A stretch of DNA of 64,000 nt from Candidatus Latescibacterota bacterium (GCA_965203175.1 OZ241867.1:704001-768000), one strand, 5' to 3'. Positions 46,705 to 56,963 are shown, numbered from the stretch's first letter. Made by a program: numbers and translations. The notes: generated from the letters alone by a model not told the origin.

Positions 46705-48161
46705 GCCTGTCTTTCTCGCTCCATAGTCGTCGGCAGTTTGAGGGCAAACGTCGTACCATCGCCTTGCTTACTCGTGCATTCGATTGTTCCGCGGTGATGC
46801 TCGACCAGCCGTTTGACGATGGCCAACCCAAGCCCCGTACCCTGGTCTTTCGTGGTAAAAAACGGGATAAAAGCGCGATCCGCCGTCTCGGGGGACATAC
46901 CCACTCCGGTATCCCGAACCTCGATGCGGATGGCATCGGCGTCCGCATCGACAAAACCTTCGATGGCGATGGTTCCGCCCCGGTCAATTGCTTGTGCGGC
47001 ATTCTTGACCAGATTGGTGAACACCCACTTGAGTTGGTCAGCGTCTGCTTCGATGGTGGGCAAGGTGTCCAAGTTTACCGTTTGAACCTCGACAGCGCAC
47101 GCACGCAACTCCGCATCGAGTAGCGCCAGTACTGAAGCGACTACGTCCGCCAAATCCACCGGCCCGGTCTGCAACGGCGTCGGACGCGCAAAGTCGAGAA
47201 ATTCGCTGACTAGCTGATTCAATGACTGCACTTCGCCATCCACTTGTTCAATCAGTTGCTCCGCTTTCGGGTCGGCGGAGATTTGGCGTTTGAGCAAGCC
47301 CAGAAAAATCCGCATCCCGTTAAGCGGGTTTCTGACTTCATGGGCGAGCCCAGCCGATAACTGTCGAAGCTCCTCGGCCAGCCGCGATACCTGCTGGTCC
47401 CGCTCTTGAATCGCGATACTCATCTCGTTGAATGTCATGGCTAGTTCGCCGACTTCGTCTTTGCTGCGCGTTTCAACCTGCGTCCCGAACGCCCCGGCCT
47501 TGATTTGTTGGGTCGCTTGCGAAAGTCTTTTAATCGGCACGACGATCGACCGAGCTAAAAAGATGCTGAGAACAACTGCAAAAACCGTACCAACGACGCC
47601 GATGAGTACCATATTGCGGCTCATTCCCGCAAGGCTTTCGAGGAACAGCACACTCGCATCCACGGCGAGAATGGCGACAATATCACCGTCTTCGTCGCGA
47701 ATGGGCGCATAAGCCGATCGGTAAAAAGCATCGTCTTTGCCGTGGAAAGCGACGGAGGCAGCCCCTATCCCTCGTTTGGCCTGGTCAATATGGATTCTGT
47801 CTTCGCCCAGTGAGTGGTATTGACTGCCAATGGGAACGTCGAGGCGGGAATCGACGAGGCTTTTGTATTCAAGGTCGAACACGTACATCGCCCGCGCTTC
47901 GGAAGCATCGCGCATGGACTGCAGCTTCTTTTGCAGCGTCGGGTACAAATTCCTGCCTTCGTCGCCCGGCTGAAGTGCGCTGAAGTAGCTTCCATTGAGT
48001 TGCGCTGCAGAGGTCTTGGCGACTACCACGAGCCGTTCGCCCATCTCGGCGTCGAGCGCACGTTTTGCCGTGTCGTAGAATAGATAACTACTAGCCGTCA
48101 AAACCAAGACCACCAGCAGCGCAATGGTGAGGGTCGTCTTGGTTTGGAGTCGGATCTTCAT
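46701..48161 (-). CDS. HAMP-domain sensor histidine kinase
   Basis: Two TM segments, periplasmic domain, DEVGELA HAMP, AHEVRNPL, N box, DTGVG and GTGLGL. Confidence 0.95.
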   Translation of the reverse strand: MKIRLQTKTTLTIALLVVLVLTASSYLFYDTAKRALDAEMGERLVVVAKTSAAQLNGSYFSALQPGDEGRNLYPTLQKKLQSMRDASEARAMYVFDLEYKSLVDSRLDVPIGSQYHSLGEDRIHIDQAKRGIGAASVAFHGKDDAFYRSAYAPIRDEDGDIVAILAVDASVLFLESLAGMSRNMVLIGVVGTVFAVVLSIFLARSIVVPIKRLSQATQQIKAGAFGTQVETRSKDEVGELAMTFNEMSIAIQERDQQVSRLAEELRQLSAGLAHEVRNPLNGMRIFLGLLKRQISADPKAEQLIEQVDGEVQSLNQLVSEFLDFARPTPLQTGPVDLADVVASVLALLDAELRACAVEVQTVNLDTLPTIEADADQLKWVFTNLVKNAAQAIDRGGTIAIEGFVDADADAIRIEVRDTGVGMSPETADRAFIPFFTTKDQGTGLGLAIVKRLVEHHRGTIECTSKQGDGTTFALKLPTTMERERQA

Positions 48162-48270
48162 GCGCTTTTTCGCACGTAGTAATTAATGAATAGCGACCTG
48201 AGAAAAAATTGGTCCATGGCGTGGGCCGTGTGTTGAGCCTCCACTGAATTTATCGGAAAAATGCCTTCCC

Positions 48271-48328
48271 CGGCAAATTTCTGCCGTCCTCGACGAAAAT
48301 TTGCCGCGTCCCGTGCCAAAATCTGCCC
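48271..48328 (+). promoter_or_regulatory. putative enhancer (UAS) sites for the sigma-54 activator
   Basis: Palindrome CGGCAAATTTCTGCCG (48271-48286), inverted partner AAATTTGCCG (48297-48306) and similar GTGCCAAAATCTGCCC (48313-48328). Confidence 0.55.
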
Positions 48329-48359
48329 CAAACCCCCTTTGATTCAGTGCCTTTTTCGT

Positions 48360-48375
48360 TGGCACGGAAATTGCA
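48360..48375 (+). promoter_or_regulatory. sigma-54 (-24/-12) promoter
   Basis: TGGCAC-GGAAA-TTGCA, an exact consensus match, about 95 nt upstream of ATG 48471. Confidence 0.85.
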
Positions 48376-48470
48376 GAGTGCATAGGTGTCCAATGCCATG
48401 GCAAAAAATGCACAATGCAGCAACGCGGTGTTCATAGTTTGAACTACCCGCTTAACTCGGAGGAGAGACC

Positions 48471-50078
48471 ATGAAACTCAACATGAGCAAACCAATCGTT
48501 GCGGTGCTTATTCCCGCACTTATTGGAATAATCAGCTGTTCTGATAATCCAATAAAGTCCGGCGGCGAAAACGCTGAATCGGGCAGGTCTGAGTCGGCCG
48601 GAGAACATAGCGGTAACGCAGAAGGCGCAGGCCACGAAGGTCGTGAAGGTAGCGAAGGCGGAGCAGGCCGTTTAGTCGCCAGTTCAGGCGGTGGTGAAGG
48701 CGGAGAGGGCGGCGGTGAGCACGGGAGCGGTGCAGGTGGTGGCGAAGGCGGTGAAAGCCACGCCGGCAGCGAAGGCGGCGATGCTGGCGGCGAAGGACAG
48801 CCACTAGCCCCCGACCAGCGCTACGACCAGACGCGCAACGGCGCACGGTTAGTCATGGTGTACGATTCCACCAGAAATGCGTTCTACGGCCTAGTGAAGA
48901 ATACGACCAATCAAACGTTGACCCGGGTGCGGGTGGAAATACATCTGTCTGACGCAGCCAACGCAATCATCGCGGAGTTGGGGCCCACCACGCCGACGGA
49001 CCTCGCGCCGGGTGGGATGCTGCCCATCACTCTGTCAGCCGCCGGCCAGACTTTTACTGCCTGGTCGCCCCATGTGGAAGTCGGCTCTGGCGAAGGCGGT
49101 GAAGGCAGCGGTGAGCACGGAAGTGGTACAGGTGGTAGCGAAGGTGGTGAAGGCGGCGGAGGCGAGGGTAATGAGACCAGCGGCCATGCCGAAGGCCCCG
49201 AAGGCGGCGGAGGCGATCCATCGAGCCCAATCCTCGCGCTCGACGAGTCGTTTGACGGCGTCGTCAACGGCGTGCGCGTGGCCATGTCCTATGACCCGGT
49301 CAGGCGCTCGTTCTCGGGCACCGTCGAGAACGCGATGGCGCTGACTGCCTGCTCCGTCCAGATCGAACTCAACCTCAAGCAGGGCACGCGCACGGTCGTC
49401 GAGTTGGGGCCGTCCCCAGTCGGCGATTTAGCACCGGGTGCCAGTGCGACCACTGAACTGTTGGTCGACGACGAGCCGCTGGCGGCGGGAGTAGCTTTCG
49501 ACGCCTGGGAGATCCATCCGGAGGTGTTTGACTGCAACTGCCCCGTTCCCAACTCCTCAAGTGGCGAAGGCGGCGAAGGCGGTGAAAGCCACGCCGGTAG
49601 GGAAGGTAGTGAAGGCAGCGAAGGCGGCGACATAGCTCAGCAACTGGCCCCCGACCAGTCCTACGACCAGACGCGCAACGGCGCACGGTTAACCATGTCG
49701 TATAGCCCCAGCCAGGATGCGTTCTACGGCACAGTGGAGAATACGACCAACCAAACGTTGACCCGGGTGCGGGTGGAAATACATCTGACGGACCAGTCCG
49801 GCGCGATCATCGCGGAGTTGGGGCCCACCACGCCGACGGACCTCGCGCCGGGTGGGATGCTGCTCATCACTCTGCCAGCCGCTGGCCAAGCTTTTACTGG
49901 CTGGTCGCCCCATGCGGAGGTCGGCTCTGGCGAAGGCGGAGAGGGCGGAGGCAGTGAAAGTGGCGGTGAGCACGGGAGCGGTGCAGGTGGCGGCGAAGGC
50001 GGCGGTGAGCACGGGAGCGGTGCAGGTGGTGGCGAAGGTGGTGAAAGCCACGCCGGCCGTGAAGGCGGCAGCGGGTGA
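48471..50078 (+). CDS. lipoprotein with three Ig-like (FxLYD-like) repeats and Gly/Glu/His linkers
   Basis: IISC lipobox, three copies of G.VxN...VEI.L...ELGP...DLAPG, and GGEGGE/GEHG/ESHAG linkers; GGAGG RBS. Confidence 0.8.
   Translation: MKLNMSKPIVAVLIPALIGIISCSDNPIKSGGENAESGRSESAGEHSGNAEGAGHEGREGSEGGAGRLVASSGGGEGGEGGGEHGSGAGGGEGGESHAGSEGGDAGGEGQPLAPDQRYDQTRNGARLVMVYDSTRNAFYGLVKNTTNQTLTRVRVEIHLSDAANAIIAELGPTTPTDLAPGGMLPITLSAAGQTFTAWSPHVEVGSGEGGEGSGEHGSGTGGSEGGEGGGGEGNETSGHAEGPEGGGGDPSSPILALDESFDGVVNGVRVAMSYDPVRRSFSGTVENAMALTACSVQIELNLKQGTRTVVELGPSPVGDLAPGASATTELLVDDEPLAAGVAFDAWEIHPEVFDCNCPVPNSSSGEGGEGGESHAGREGSEGSEGGDIAQQLAPDQSYDQTRNGARLTMSYSPSQDAFYGTVENTTNQTLTRVRVEIHLTDQSGAIIAELGPTTPTDLAPGGMLLITLPAAGQAFTGWSPHAEVGSGEGGEGGGSESGGEHGSGAGGGEGGGEHGSGAGGGEGGESHAGREGGSG
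48807..49939 (+). repeat. intragenic ~290-bp direct repeat (domain duplication)
   Basis: About 48807-49099 and 49647-49939 are near-identical at the DNA level (offset 840). The linker unit GGCGGTGAGCACGGGAGCGGTGCAGGTGG recurs at about 48711, 49962 and 50001. Confidence 0.9.
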
Positions 50079-50129
50079 AATTTCATAGTTGCCAACTCGC
50101 CCACTCGGCGAGATAGCGAAAGCAAGGGT

Positions 50130-50165
50130 AAAGCTGGCCGGTTGTACATTCAATCGGCCAGCTTT
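50130..50165. terminator. bidirectional terminator-like hairpin
   Basis: 15-bp stem AAAGCTGGCCGGTTG / CAATCGGCCAGCTTT between convergent genes. Confidence 0.7.
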
Positions 50166-50176
50166 CTCTATTTCTT

Positions 50177-51397
50177 CTACCTCCCCAAGTGGCGGTCGGC
50201 AAAGTCCAAGTACTGCTCCCAATCGTACTCGGCGAGGTCGTGACCGCCGCTGCGGATGTGGTAGCCGATTTGGCCCATGACCGGCTGATCGACGGCGGGC
50301 ATCTGCGCAGCCGGCAAGCCATCGGTCCCGAGCAGGCGATAGACGGGATCGGCGGCGAGGGCAGAGAGAAATTCGCCGCGCGGATCGGCCCAGCCGTCCT
50401 CGACAGCGCTAGCTACGTACAGAGGACGCGGCGCGCAAAGTGCCAATAGCTGATGCTGATCTACGGGCAGCTCGTCTTCGGCATCGTTATAGCGTCTGAA
50501 ATTGTCGCAGAACCAGTGCGGGAACGCATGATTAATACGCGCAACGGTCTCGCCGTAGCGCCGCCGCGAGAGCGCGGCCCCACCGCAGCCAGAGTCGTTG
50601 GAAATGACCAAGGCAAAGCGCAGGTCGCAGGCCCCGGCCCACAGCGCGGTCTTGCCCAGCCGCGAGTGGCCGAGCACGGCGACCCGTTCGTGGTCGCAGT
50701 CCGGGTCGATTTGCAGATAATCCACAACCCGGCTCAAACCCCACGCCCAAGCGCCGATAGCACCCCACTCGTCAGGGGCGGGCCGGTTTTGTCCCTCTTG
50801 GTAGAACAGCGGATGGACGCCGTTTTGATAGCCGTCGTCGTAGTCGGGGTCGAGGTCGCCGCAGTACATGGTGGCCAAGCCGTAGCCGCGCGCGATGATC
50901 TTGGCGACGGGCCAGCGTCTTTCCAAGCAGCCGCGCGAGTTGAAAGTGGCGCGGTGATTGACGATGCCGTTTTGCGCCTCGGCGCGCATCCAGCGGGTGT
51001 TGAGGTGGATCGCGGGATCGCGTTGGATGGAGTGATTGCCAAAGAAGTTGAGACCCAAGAAGACCGGCACCGGGCCAGACGCATCGGCGGGTCGATAGAG
51101 CAGGATGTCCATGCTCGGGCCGTTATGGTCATCGGTAAAGCACACGCGGACTTGGCGTCTCAGAGCACTACCTGAAAGAGCCTCACCCTCTTCGGTGGTA
51201 ACGAAGTGGATGCTGGGCAGAGGACCGAGCATCTCGCCGAAGACATGCGTCTTGAAGAGCTGAAGAATCTCCGGGCGGCGCACCTCAGTCCAAGTAGCCG
51301 CGTCGGCCACGGGTTCGCCGCTGGCCATCGTCAGCGGGTCGGGCAACGCGTACGAGGGGACTTTGGCTTCGTCGTAATTGGCTTCGCTTGGGGGCAT
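50177..51397 (-). CDS. CE15 glucuronoyl esterase-like protein
   Basis: [34 protein letters not shown] and GGHD motifs. Confidence 0.88.
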   Translation of the reverse strand: MPPSEANYDEAKVPSYALPDPLTMASGEPVADAATWTEVRRPEILQLFKTHVFGEMLGPLPSIHFVTTEEGEALSGSALRRQVRVCFTDDHNGPSMDILLYRPADASGPVPVFLGLNFFGNHSIQRDPAIHLNTRWMRAEAQNGIVNHRATFNSRGCLERRWPVAKIIARGYGLATMYCGDLDPDYDDGYQNGVHPLFYQEGQNRPAPDEWGAIGAWAWGLSRVVDYLQIDPDCDHERVAVLGHSRLGKTALWAGACDLRFALVISNDSGCGGAALSRRRYGETVARINHAFPHWFCDNFRRYNDAEDELPVDQHQLLALCAPRPLYVASAVEDGWADPRGEFLSALAADPVYRLLGTDGLPAAQMPAVDQPVMGQIGYHIRSGGHDLAEYDWEQYLDFADRHLGR

Positions 51398-51437
51398 AGT
51401 CGCTGGTATGAGGGGGTGCGAGACTTTGGGCCGTGGT

Positions 51438-52319
51438 TCAGTCGTCGAAGTTATAGACGAAGGAGAGCCAGGGGATGGGAAATCCCTCTTTGAGGACCTC
51501 GCCGATGATAATGACACCGGCATCAACAGCTATCCTAGGACCGAAAAAGCGGAGGGCGAGGCCCAACGGCTGTTGGTCGAGCCCGAGATCTTCGCCGGTA
51601 ATGAGCCAGTTTTCCGAAACCAAGGCCATGCTCTCGGAGAGGCGGATATTGCCGCCGAGGAGGAGAACTGGATGCTCGGCGAAATCCACATCCTCGTCCT
51701 CCTCGGCGATGTAGCCTAGACCGATGCCACAGGTAAAGCTCTCGTCGGGGGTGCCTTTGGACCCTACCACAAAGACCATACCTCCAGCTCCTTCGTTGGC
51801 GACATTCATATAGAGCACGCCCGCGGAAAGGGCGACATCGTCGCTGTCGTAGAGGCTGAACTTGGGAGCCACTGACAGGACTTGGTCGCTCAATCCCAAC
51901 CCAGGGACAACCGACAGACCCGCCGCCACGCCGAGGCGGTCGGTGAAACCGTAGGCCATGCCGGGGAAGAATACGTAGTAATCGAAGAAATAGCGATCTC
52001 CTCGGCGCAATGGCCTGCCAGTAGGTGCGAACATCAGGCGGGTGTAGTTGGGGTCAGGACGGGAGAAAGCACCAGCACGGCGCTTTTTTATCGCAACAAT
52101 GGACGTTCTCGGCACCTTTATTTCTAGGCCCGACAGCGTCTCGACGAGGATGTAGGTTTCGGTCTCCTGAATGATGGCACCTTCAAGTTGGGTGCCGTCG
52201 GTGAGGGAAATGGACGTCAGCGAATCGGCGAGGCTGTCCTGCTCCTCGGCACCCGAGGGCATGGCCACTTGAAGCAAGAGCCAGAGCGCATAAGAAACCC
52301 ATTTGATCTGTGGATTCAC
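51438..52319 (-). CDS. exported hypothetical protein, probable beta-barrel
   Basis: Signal-like N-terminus, [14 protein letters not shown] and C-terminal PWLSFVYNF. The GTG start is inferred. Confidence 0.6.
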   Translation of the reverse strand: MNPQIKWVSYALWLLLQVAMPSGAEEQDSLADSLTSISLTDGTQLEGAIIQETETYILVETLSGLEIKVPRTSIVAIKKRRAGAFSRPDPNYTRLMFAPTGRPLRRGDRYFFDYYVFFPGMAYGFTDRLGVAAGLSVVPGLGLSDQVLSVAPKFSLYDSDDVALSAGVLYMNVANEGAGGMVFVVGSKGTPDESFTCGIGLGYIAEEDEDVDFAEHPVLLLGGNIRLSESMALVSENWLITGEDLGLDQQPLGLALRFFGPRIAVDAGVIIIGEVLKEGFPIPWLSFVYNFDD

Positions 52320-52335
52320 TGCGTTTTGCGCCGCC

Positions 52336-53136
52336 TCAATCGCCCGCCAGAATCGGGTGCAGCGGATGATCCCAGGGGCCGCCGGCTTCCATCTCGTCGG
52401 CCGCGCCAGCCGCGTCGTGCGTCCCGGTAAACGTGGTGTAATCGGGCATGTAGATAATGGCAAACGCGCGGCGCGGCGCAGCGGTCTGGTTGGGACCGGC
52501 GTAGTGGAAGGTGCAGCCGTGGTGGAAGGTAATGCCGCCGGCTTTCATGTCCATGGTCACCGGCTCGGGCACGTCGTAACCCTGTTCCTTCATTTTATCG
52601 ACGATACTCTCGCCAGCAACGCCTAATTTGATCGGTTCGAGCCGCTCGTACTGGTGCGAACCAGGCACAAAGTGGAGGCAGCCGTTGTCTGCGGTCACGT
52701 CGTCCACTGCAATCCACGCCGACAGCGCGCCGACTGGGTCCATCGGCCAATAGGGAGCGTCCTGATGCCAGTTCGTCTCCTTGCTCGTTTGGCCAGGCGG
52801 CTTGATCATCGCGTGATCGTGGTAGATGCGCACGTGGCGGCAGCCGCTCAGGCGGCGGGCGGTCTCGGCCAAGCGCGAATGGAAGGCGATTTCCTTGGCG
52901 TCCGGATAGTCGGTCCAGAGATTGACCATCTGATTGAAAACGCGCTCGTACTCTTCCGACCCGCGGCCATCATTCTCGGCCCCTCTGATGCGGGCGCGAT
53001 GCGTGTCGATGGCGTGGTCAATGGCTTGGCGCAGCGAAGCGATCTCCTCGGCGGAGAAGAAGTGCTCGTAGCGGATGTAGCCGTTTTGCTGAAAGAATTC
53101 GGCGTCGGCTGGCGTCGCCGGGCTTATTGTAGGCAT
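52336..53136 (-). CDS. PhyH-family Fe/2OG dioxygenase
   Basis: WHQD, NGCLHFVPGSH, TFHYAGPN and RR motifs. Confidence 0.92.
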   Translation of the reverse strand: MPTISPATPADAEFFQQNGYIRYEHFFSAEEIASLRQAIDHAIDTHRARIRGAENDGRGSEEYERVFNQMVNLWTDYPDAKEIAFHSRLAETARRLSGCRHVRIYHDHAMIKPPGQTSKETNWHQDAPYWPMDPVGALSAWIAVDDVTADNGCLHFVPGSHQYERLEPIKLGVAGESIVDKMKEQGYDVPEPVTMDMKAGGITFHHGCTFHYAGPNQTAAPRRAFAIIYMPDYTTFTGTHDAAGAADEMEAGGPWDHPLHPILAGD

Positions 53137-53191
53137 GAAGGCAAGGCCTTAATTTTTGCGGTGGCAATCAAACACTCAACAGGGGTAGAAC

Positions 53192-53539
53192 ATGGCCGAA
53201 GTAACGATGTACCACAACCCACAATGCTCTAAAAGTCGGCAGACGTTGGCTCTATTGTCCGAGCAAGGCGTGGAGGCAAACGTCGTCGAATACTTACAAA
53301 CACCGCCGGACGCCAAAACCCTAGACGAGCTTTTGCAAAAGCTCGGACTGGAACCTCGGGAACTAATGCGCACCAAAGAAGACGAATACCAAGCGCTGGG
53401 GTTGGCCGAGGTGACGGACCGCGCGCAGCTCATTCAGGCGATGGTCGAACACCCCATCTTGATCGAGCGGCCCATCGTCGTCAAGGGAAATCAAGCGCGT
53501 CTCGGGCGACCGCCGGAGCAAGTCCTGGACATCCTCTAG
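53192..53539 (+). CDS. arsC: arsenate reductase (glutaredoxin type)
   Basis: YHNPQCSKSR, LIERPIV and GRPPE motifs. Confidence 0.9.
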   Translation: MAEVTMYHNPQCSKSRQTLALLSEQGVEANVVEYLQTPPDAKTLDELLQKLGLEPRELMRTKEDEYQALGLAEVTDRAQLIQAMVEHPILIERPIVVKGNQARLGRPPEQVLDIL

Positions 53540-54148
53540 ATGCTAAAACTGGGGTTTCTCGCCTCGCACACCGGGTCGAACATGCAGGCGATCATCGATG
53601 CCTGTCAGGCGAGGACGCTAGCGGCCGAACCGCGCGTAGTGATTAGCAACAACTCGCAATCGGGTGCGCTGGTGCGAGCGCGGCAGGCGAACATCGCGGC
53701 GTACCACCTGAGCGAGCGGACGCACAGCGAGGCGCTGGGAGGAGCGATTCTGGCAGCAATGCAGCGGCACGAGGTCGAAGTGATCTGTCTGGCCGGATAC
53801 ATGAAGAAGCTAGGGGCGGAGATTTTGGCAGCCTACGAAGGGCGGATTTTGAATATCCACCCCGCCCTGTTGCCCAAGTTCGGCGGACAGGGCATGTATG
53901 GGATGCGGGTTCACGAGGCCGTATTGGCCGCTGGAGAGCGCGAGAGCGGGGCGACGATCCACCTAGTAGATGAAGAATACGACCACGGACGGATCCTCGC
54001 ACAGGAAAAGGTTCCGGTTAAAGCAGAAGACACGCCCGAGACGTTACAAAAACGGGTGTTAGCAGTGGAACACCAGCTCTACGCGGCGACCCTCGCGCGG
54101 ATCGCGGCCGGCGAAATCACTATTCCTCTTCCTCGCTCCCGCGCATAA
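53540..54148 (+). CDS. purN: phosphoribosylglycinamide formyltransferase
   Basis: GSNMQA, LAGYM, NIHPALLP, G.TIH.V..EYDHG and EH motifs. Confidence 0.93.
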   Translation: MLKLGFLASHTGSNMQAIIDACQARTLAAEPRVVISNNSQSGALVRARQANIAAYHLSERTHSEALGGAILAAMQRHEVEVICLAGYMKKLGAEILAAYEGRILNIHPALLPKFGGQGMYGMRVHEAVLAAGERESGATIHLVDEEYDHGRILAQEKVPVKAEDTPETLQKRVLAVEHQLYAATLARIAAGEITIPLPRSRA

Positions 54149-55601
54149 TGCGTCGCAAGTGCCCAAGCTCCTCGACGATGGTGCGACGCTCTAGCAGCCC
54201 GAGAACAATCCCGTACGCCAACGCCATAATCCCGCTCCGCAAGACAAAATCGCCCACCGCATAATCCAAGACCCAACGGTCGTACAACCACCCGCATACC
54301 GCAGCGGCCAACAATCCCACGGCCGGCGCGGCCAATACCTTGAACCAATTGACGCGCACATAGGCGCGCAAACCAACGCACAGTCCTAAGAAACCCACGC
54401 CAGCCACCGCGCCCATGCTGTACGCCACGCCCTCCGCACCCCACAACACGCCCAGCGCGGGGACGGCAAAAAGAGCCACTACCCCCTGTATCCCCACTAT
54501 GCACGCGGACCGTCGCGTCGCCCCTACGGCCCACAGCAGACTAAACCCATCACTGAGCAGCGGACGCAACAGCGCATACGCCGCCAGCCAAACCACAATG
54601 CGCGATGACGCAGCCCATTGGCCACCTAAGAGGGCGATTACTTCGCGGGCATTAAAAACCAAAATTAGCGACACTGGAGCCGACACTCTCAACACTAGGC
54701 TGATCATCTTGGAGAACAACTCGCCCAATCGCTCGCGCTCGTTCCGATACCGCGAGTACAGGGCACCGCTGTAGTTGAGGATAATATGCGCGATGACCGC
54801 AGTGGGAATCTGCACCAGCCACCAAGCCGTCTCGTAGAGCGCGAGCGCCGTATCGCCGACGACCAAGCGCACGACCAATTTGTCGTACCACCAAATAAAA
54901 ATCTGCAAGACCCAGCCAATCCAGATCCACACGCCATAGCCCAATAAGCGGCGCGCCCAAACCCAGTCGAAGTGCAGCAAGGCGAGGCGCAGGGGTCGGC
55001 TACACCAAGTAGCAGTAGAAAAAAACAGCACGTACACCACGCTGAGCACCGAGTACGTAGTCCACCCCCCCAATATCAAACTCCACTCTTCCCACCCAGC
55101 GCGGGCCGCCAACAGCGCGCAACTCAAGGCCAACAGCGTCCCCACCCCGTGAAACAGGGAGAGCCTGCCAAACTCAAAATCCATCCTCAGCAGGGCCTCT
55201 GAAGTCAGGCTCAGTTGGCGCACAAAGTGCAGCGCCGCCAGTACCCACGCGACTTGGGCAAAGGTCCAGGAAAAATCCTCTGGGAAGAACAACGTCAAGG
55301 CCAAGACGACCCCGCTGGTCAACAAACACGACAGCAAGGTAATGCACGCATTCAGCGCAAAGTGCGTGCCGACGAATTCCTCGACTCGATCCTGAAAGTG
55401 CAACAGCGCGTGCGTCAGGCCGAATTCGCGCAGACTGGACAGCATGGTAAAGACCGTCACGCCCAAAAACACATCGGCAAAAACACTCGGTTCGAGCTGT
55501 CTTTTGATCAGAACCGTCAGTCCCACGCTGCACAGCCTCGCAGCATAGCCCGTGCCCAAGGTATAGAAAAATCCCTTGAACATCTTTTGCGGCGTAATCA
55601 T
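54120..55601 (-). CDS. Wzx-like oligosaccharide flippase (MOP family)
   Basis: Many TM segments with EFGL..AL, F..L and DKLVV patterns; 493 aa. Confidence 0.75.
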   Translation of the reverse strand: MITPQKMFKGFFYTLGTGYAARLCSVGLTVLIKRQLEPSVFADVFLGVTVFTMLSSLREFGLTHALLHFQDRVEEFVGTHFALNACITLLSCLLTSGVVLALTLFFPEDFSWTFAQVAWVLAALHFVRQLSLTSEALLRMDFEFGRLSLFHGVGTLLALSCALLAARAGWEEWSLILGGWTTYSVLSVVYVLFFSTATWCSRPLRLALLHFDWVWARRLLGYGVWIWIGWVLQIFIWWYDKLVVRLVVGDTALALYETAWWLVQIPTAVIAHIILNYSGALYSRYRNERERLGELFSKMISLVLRVSAPVSLILVFNAREVIALLGGQWAASSRIVVWLAAYALLRPLLSDGFSLLWAVGATRRSACIVGIQGVVALFAVPALGVLWGAEGVAYSMGAVAGVGFLGLCVGLRAYVRVNWFKVLAAPAVGLLAAAVCGWLYDRWVLDYAVGDFVLRSGIMALAYGIVLGLLERRTIVEELGHLRRIMRGSEEEE

Positions 55602-55607
55602 GGGTTC

Positions 55608-56960
55608 CTAGCGGACGCGGGCCGCTCCGCATCGGTAGTCGCGTGGGTCGCCGAGGCGGGCTTGTAACGCGTTGCCTGTCATATCAGTATGACGCTGGAC
55701 CCAGTTGACCTCGTCGGCCAATGTGCAGTCGAAAAGGCCGGGATCGTCGGCACCAATGGCCAGTCGGACATCGGAGGCCAAGAAGCGATGCACTGGATGA
55801 TCCTTGGCGTCGGGCACCGCACCGATGCGCAAGTTGGAGGTCGGACAGGTCTCGACGACCGTGCCGAGCGCGATCAAGCGGCTAAGCGCGAAGTCCTGCC
55901 GCCTGCGCACTGCTTCGCGGCGCGGAGGATCGTATGTGCGGCAAACGAGCGCATCGCGAGGCCGCGCCGAGAGGCGGCTGCGTTCCCGCATCAGGGCTTG
56001 GTCATCGACCGGGACGCCGAATTTTTCCAACGCGTCCTTGTGATGCAAATCATAGGCAATCTGGGCCAAGCGTTCGCTAACCCGCTCCCTCTCGTGGGCT
56101 TGGGGCCGGCGAGTCACGGCGATCTCCGGGTCGAGCCCGAGCGCAGTACAGTGCCCCAAGCGATGCGCACCCAACTCTGCCGCTTGGTGGCACCAGCGCA
56201 CTGCGCTTTCAAGCGATTTGTCAAAGTACACTTCGCCCACGTGATAGGCCACGTCGAGCGCGCGCTCCGGGTGCCGCTCGTTGTCGCGGCGCAGGCGGCG
56301 GAAGAAGGCGCGGGTGCTCGCGGGCGGGTAGCCTTCCTCAAAGTGGCAGAAGTCGAGACCGACGATCGCGGGGATCAAATCCTCGTTTTCGTCGAGCAGG
56401 CGTTGAACTAGTCGGTAGCATTCGAGCGGTGCCCAGCGCGGCAGGCTGATGAGATAGCGGGCGGTAAAGTCCGAGGTGCAGGCTTGGGCGATGGCGCGAG
56501 CAGTCAGCTCGTGAAACTGCACGAAGGCTTCGGGCTGAATGTGGTCATAGGGAGCCATGGCGCGGTATTCGACGTAGCGCAGCCCTTCGCGCCGATGGTG
56601 GGCAAAGATCCGGTGCAGTATTTCTTCTGGCTCGCCCAAAACGTTCCACCAATGGCGATAGATGCAGATGGCCAAGTTGAACTTGGCTTGGAAATGGGCA
56701 AAGTCGCCGCCGTCTTCTGCGCCGTACACGCAGTGCGCCTTGAGCGCGTCGAGACATTGGCTGTGAAGCGCCTCGCGGAATAGCGCGACCGGATCGGGAC
56801 GCCGGCCATAGGCGCGTTCGAAGCTATCGACAAACAGCGACCAGTCGATTTTTTCGTAGTGGTCGCGGGCCAAGTCGAGGAGATCGGCGGCAAAGAGGCT
56901 GCCGCCGATGTGGACGTGAAGCTCGCAGGTCTTGGCAGCCTGGAGGGAGGGCTCCGTCAC
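55608..56960 (-). CDS. adenosine/AMP deaminase-family protein
   Basis: ELHVHIGG, HVGE, RLGH, CPTSN and GADDP motifs. Confidence 0.8.
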   Translation of the reverse strand: MTEPSLQAAKTCELHVHIGGSLFAADLLDLARDHYEKIDWSLFVDSFERAYGRRPDPVALFREALHSQCLDALKAHCVYGAEDGGDFAHFQAKFNLAICIYRHWWNVLGEPEEILHRIFAHHRREGLRYVEYRAMAPYDHIQPEAFVQFHELTARAIAQACTSDFTARYLISLPRWAPLECYRLVQRLLDENEDLIPAIVGLDFCHFEEGYPPASTRAFFRRLRRDNERHPERALDVAYHVGEVYFDKSLESAVRWCHQAAELGAHRLGHCTALGLDPEIAVTRRPQAHERERVSERLAQIAYDLHHKDALEKFGVPVDDQALMRERSRLSARPRDALVCRTYDPPRREAVRRRQDFALSRLIALGTVVETCPTSNLRIGAVPDAKDHPVHRFLASDVRLAIGADDPGLFDCTLADEVNWVQRHTDMTGNALQARLGDPRDYRCGAARVR

Positions 56961-56963
56961 CCG

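Noticed and set aside
48301-48320. Second sigma-54 promoter on the minus strand (TGGCACGGGACGCGGC)
   Set aside because: The -12 GC is off by one base and TT is absent; it more likely belongs to the UAS cluster.
48600-50078. CRISPR or non-coding repeat interpretation of the GGCGAAGGC repeats
   Set aside because: The repeats are in frame and encode Gly/Glu linkers; there are no unique equal-length spacers.
55608-56960. RADAR-type defence deaminase (RdrB)
   Set aside because: There is no adjacent RdrA-like AAA+ ATPase and the protein is shorter.
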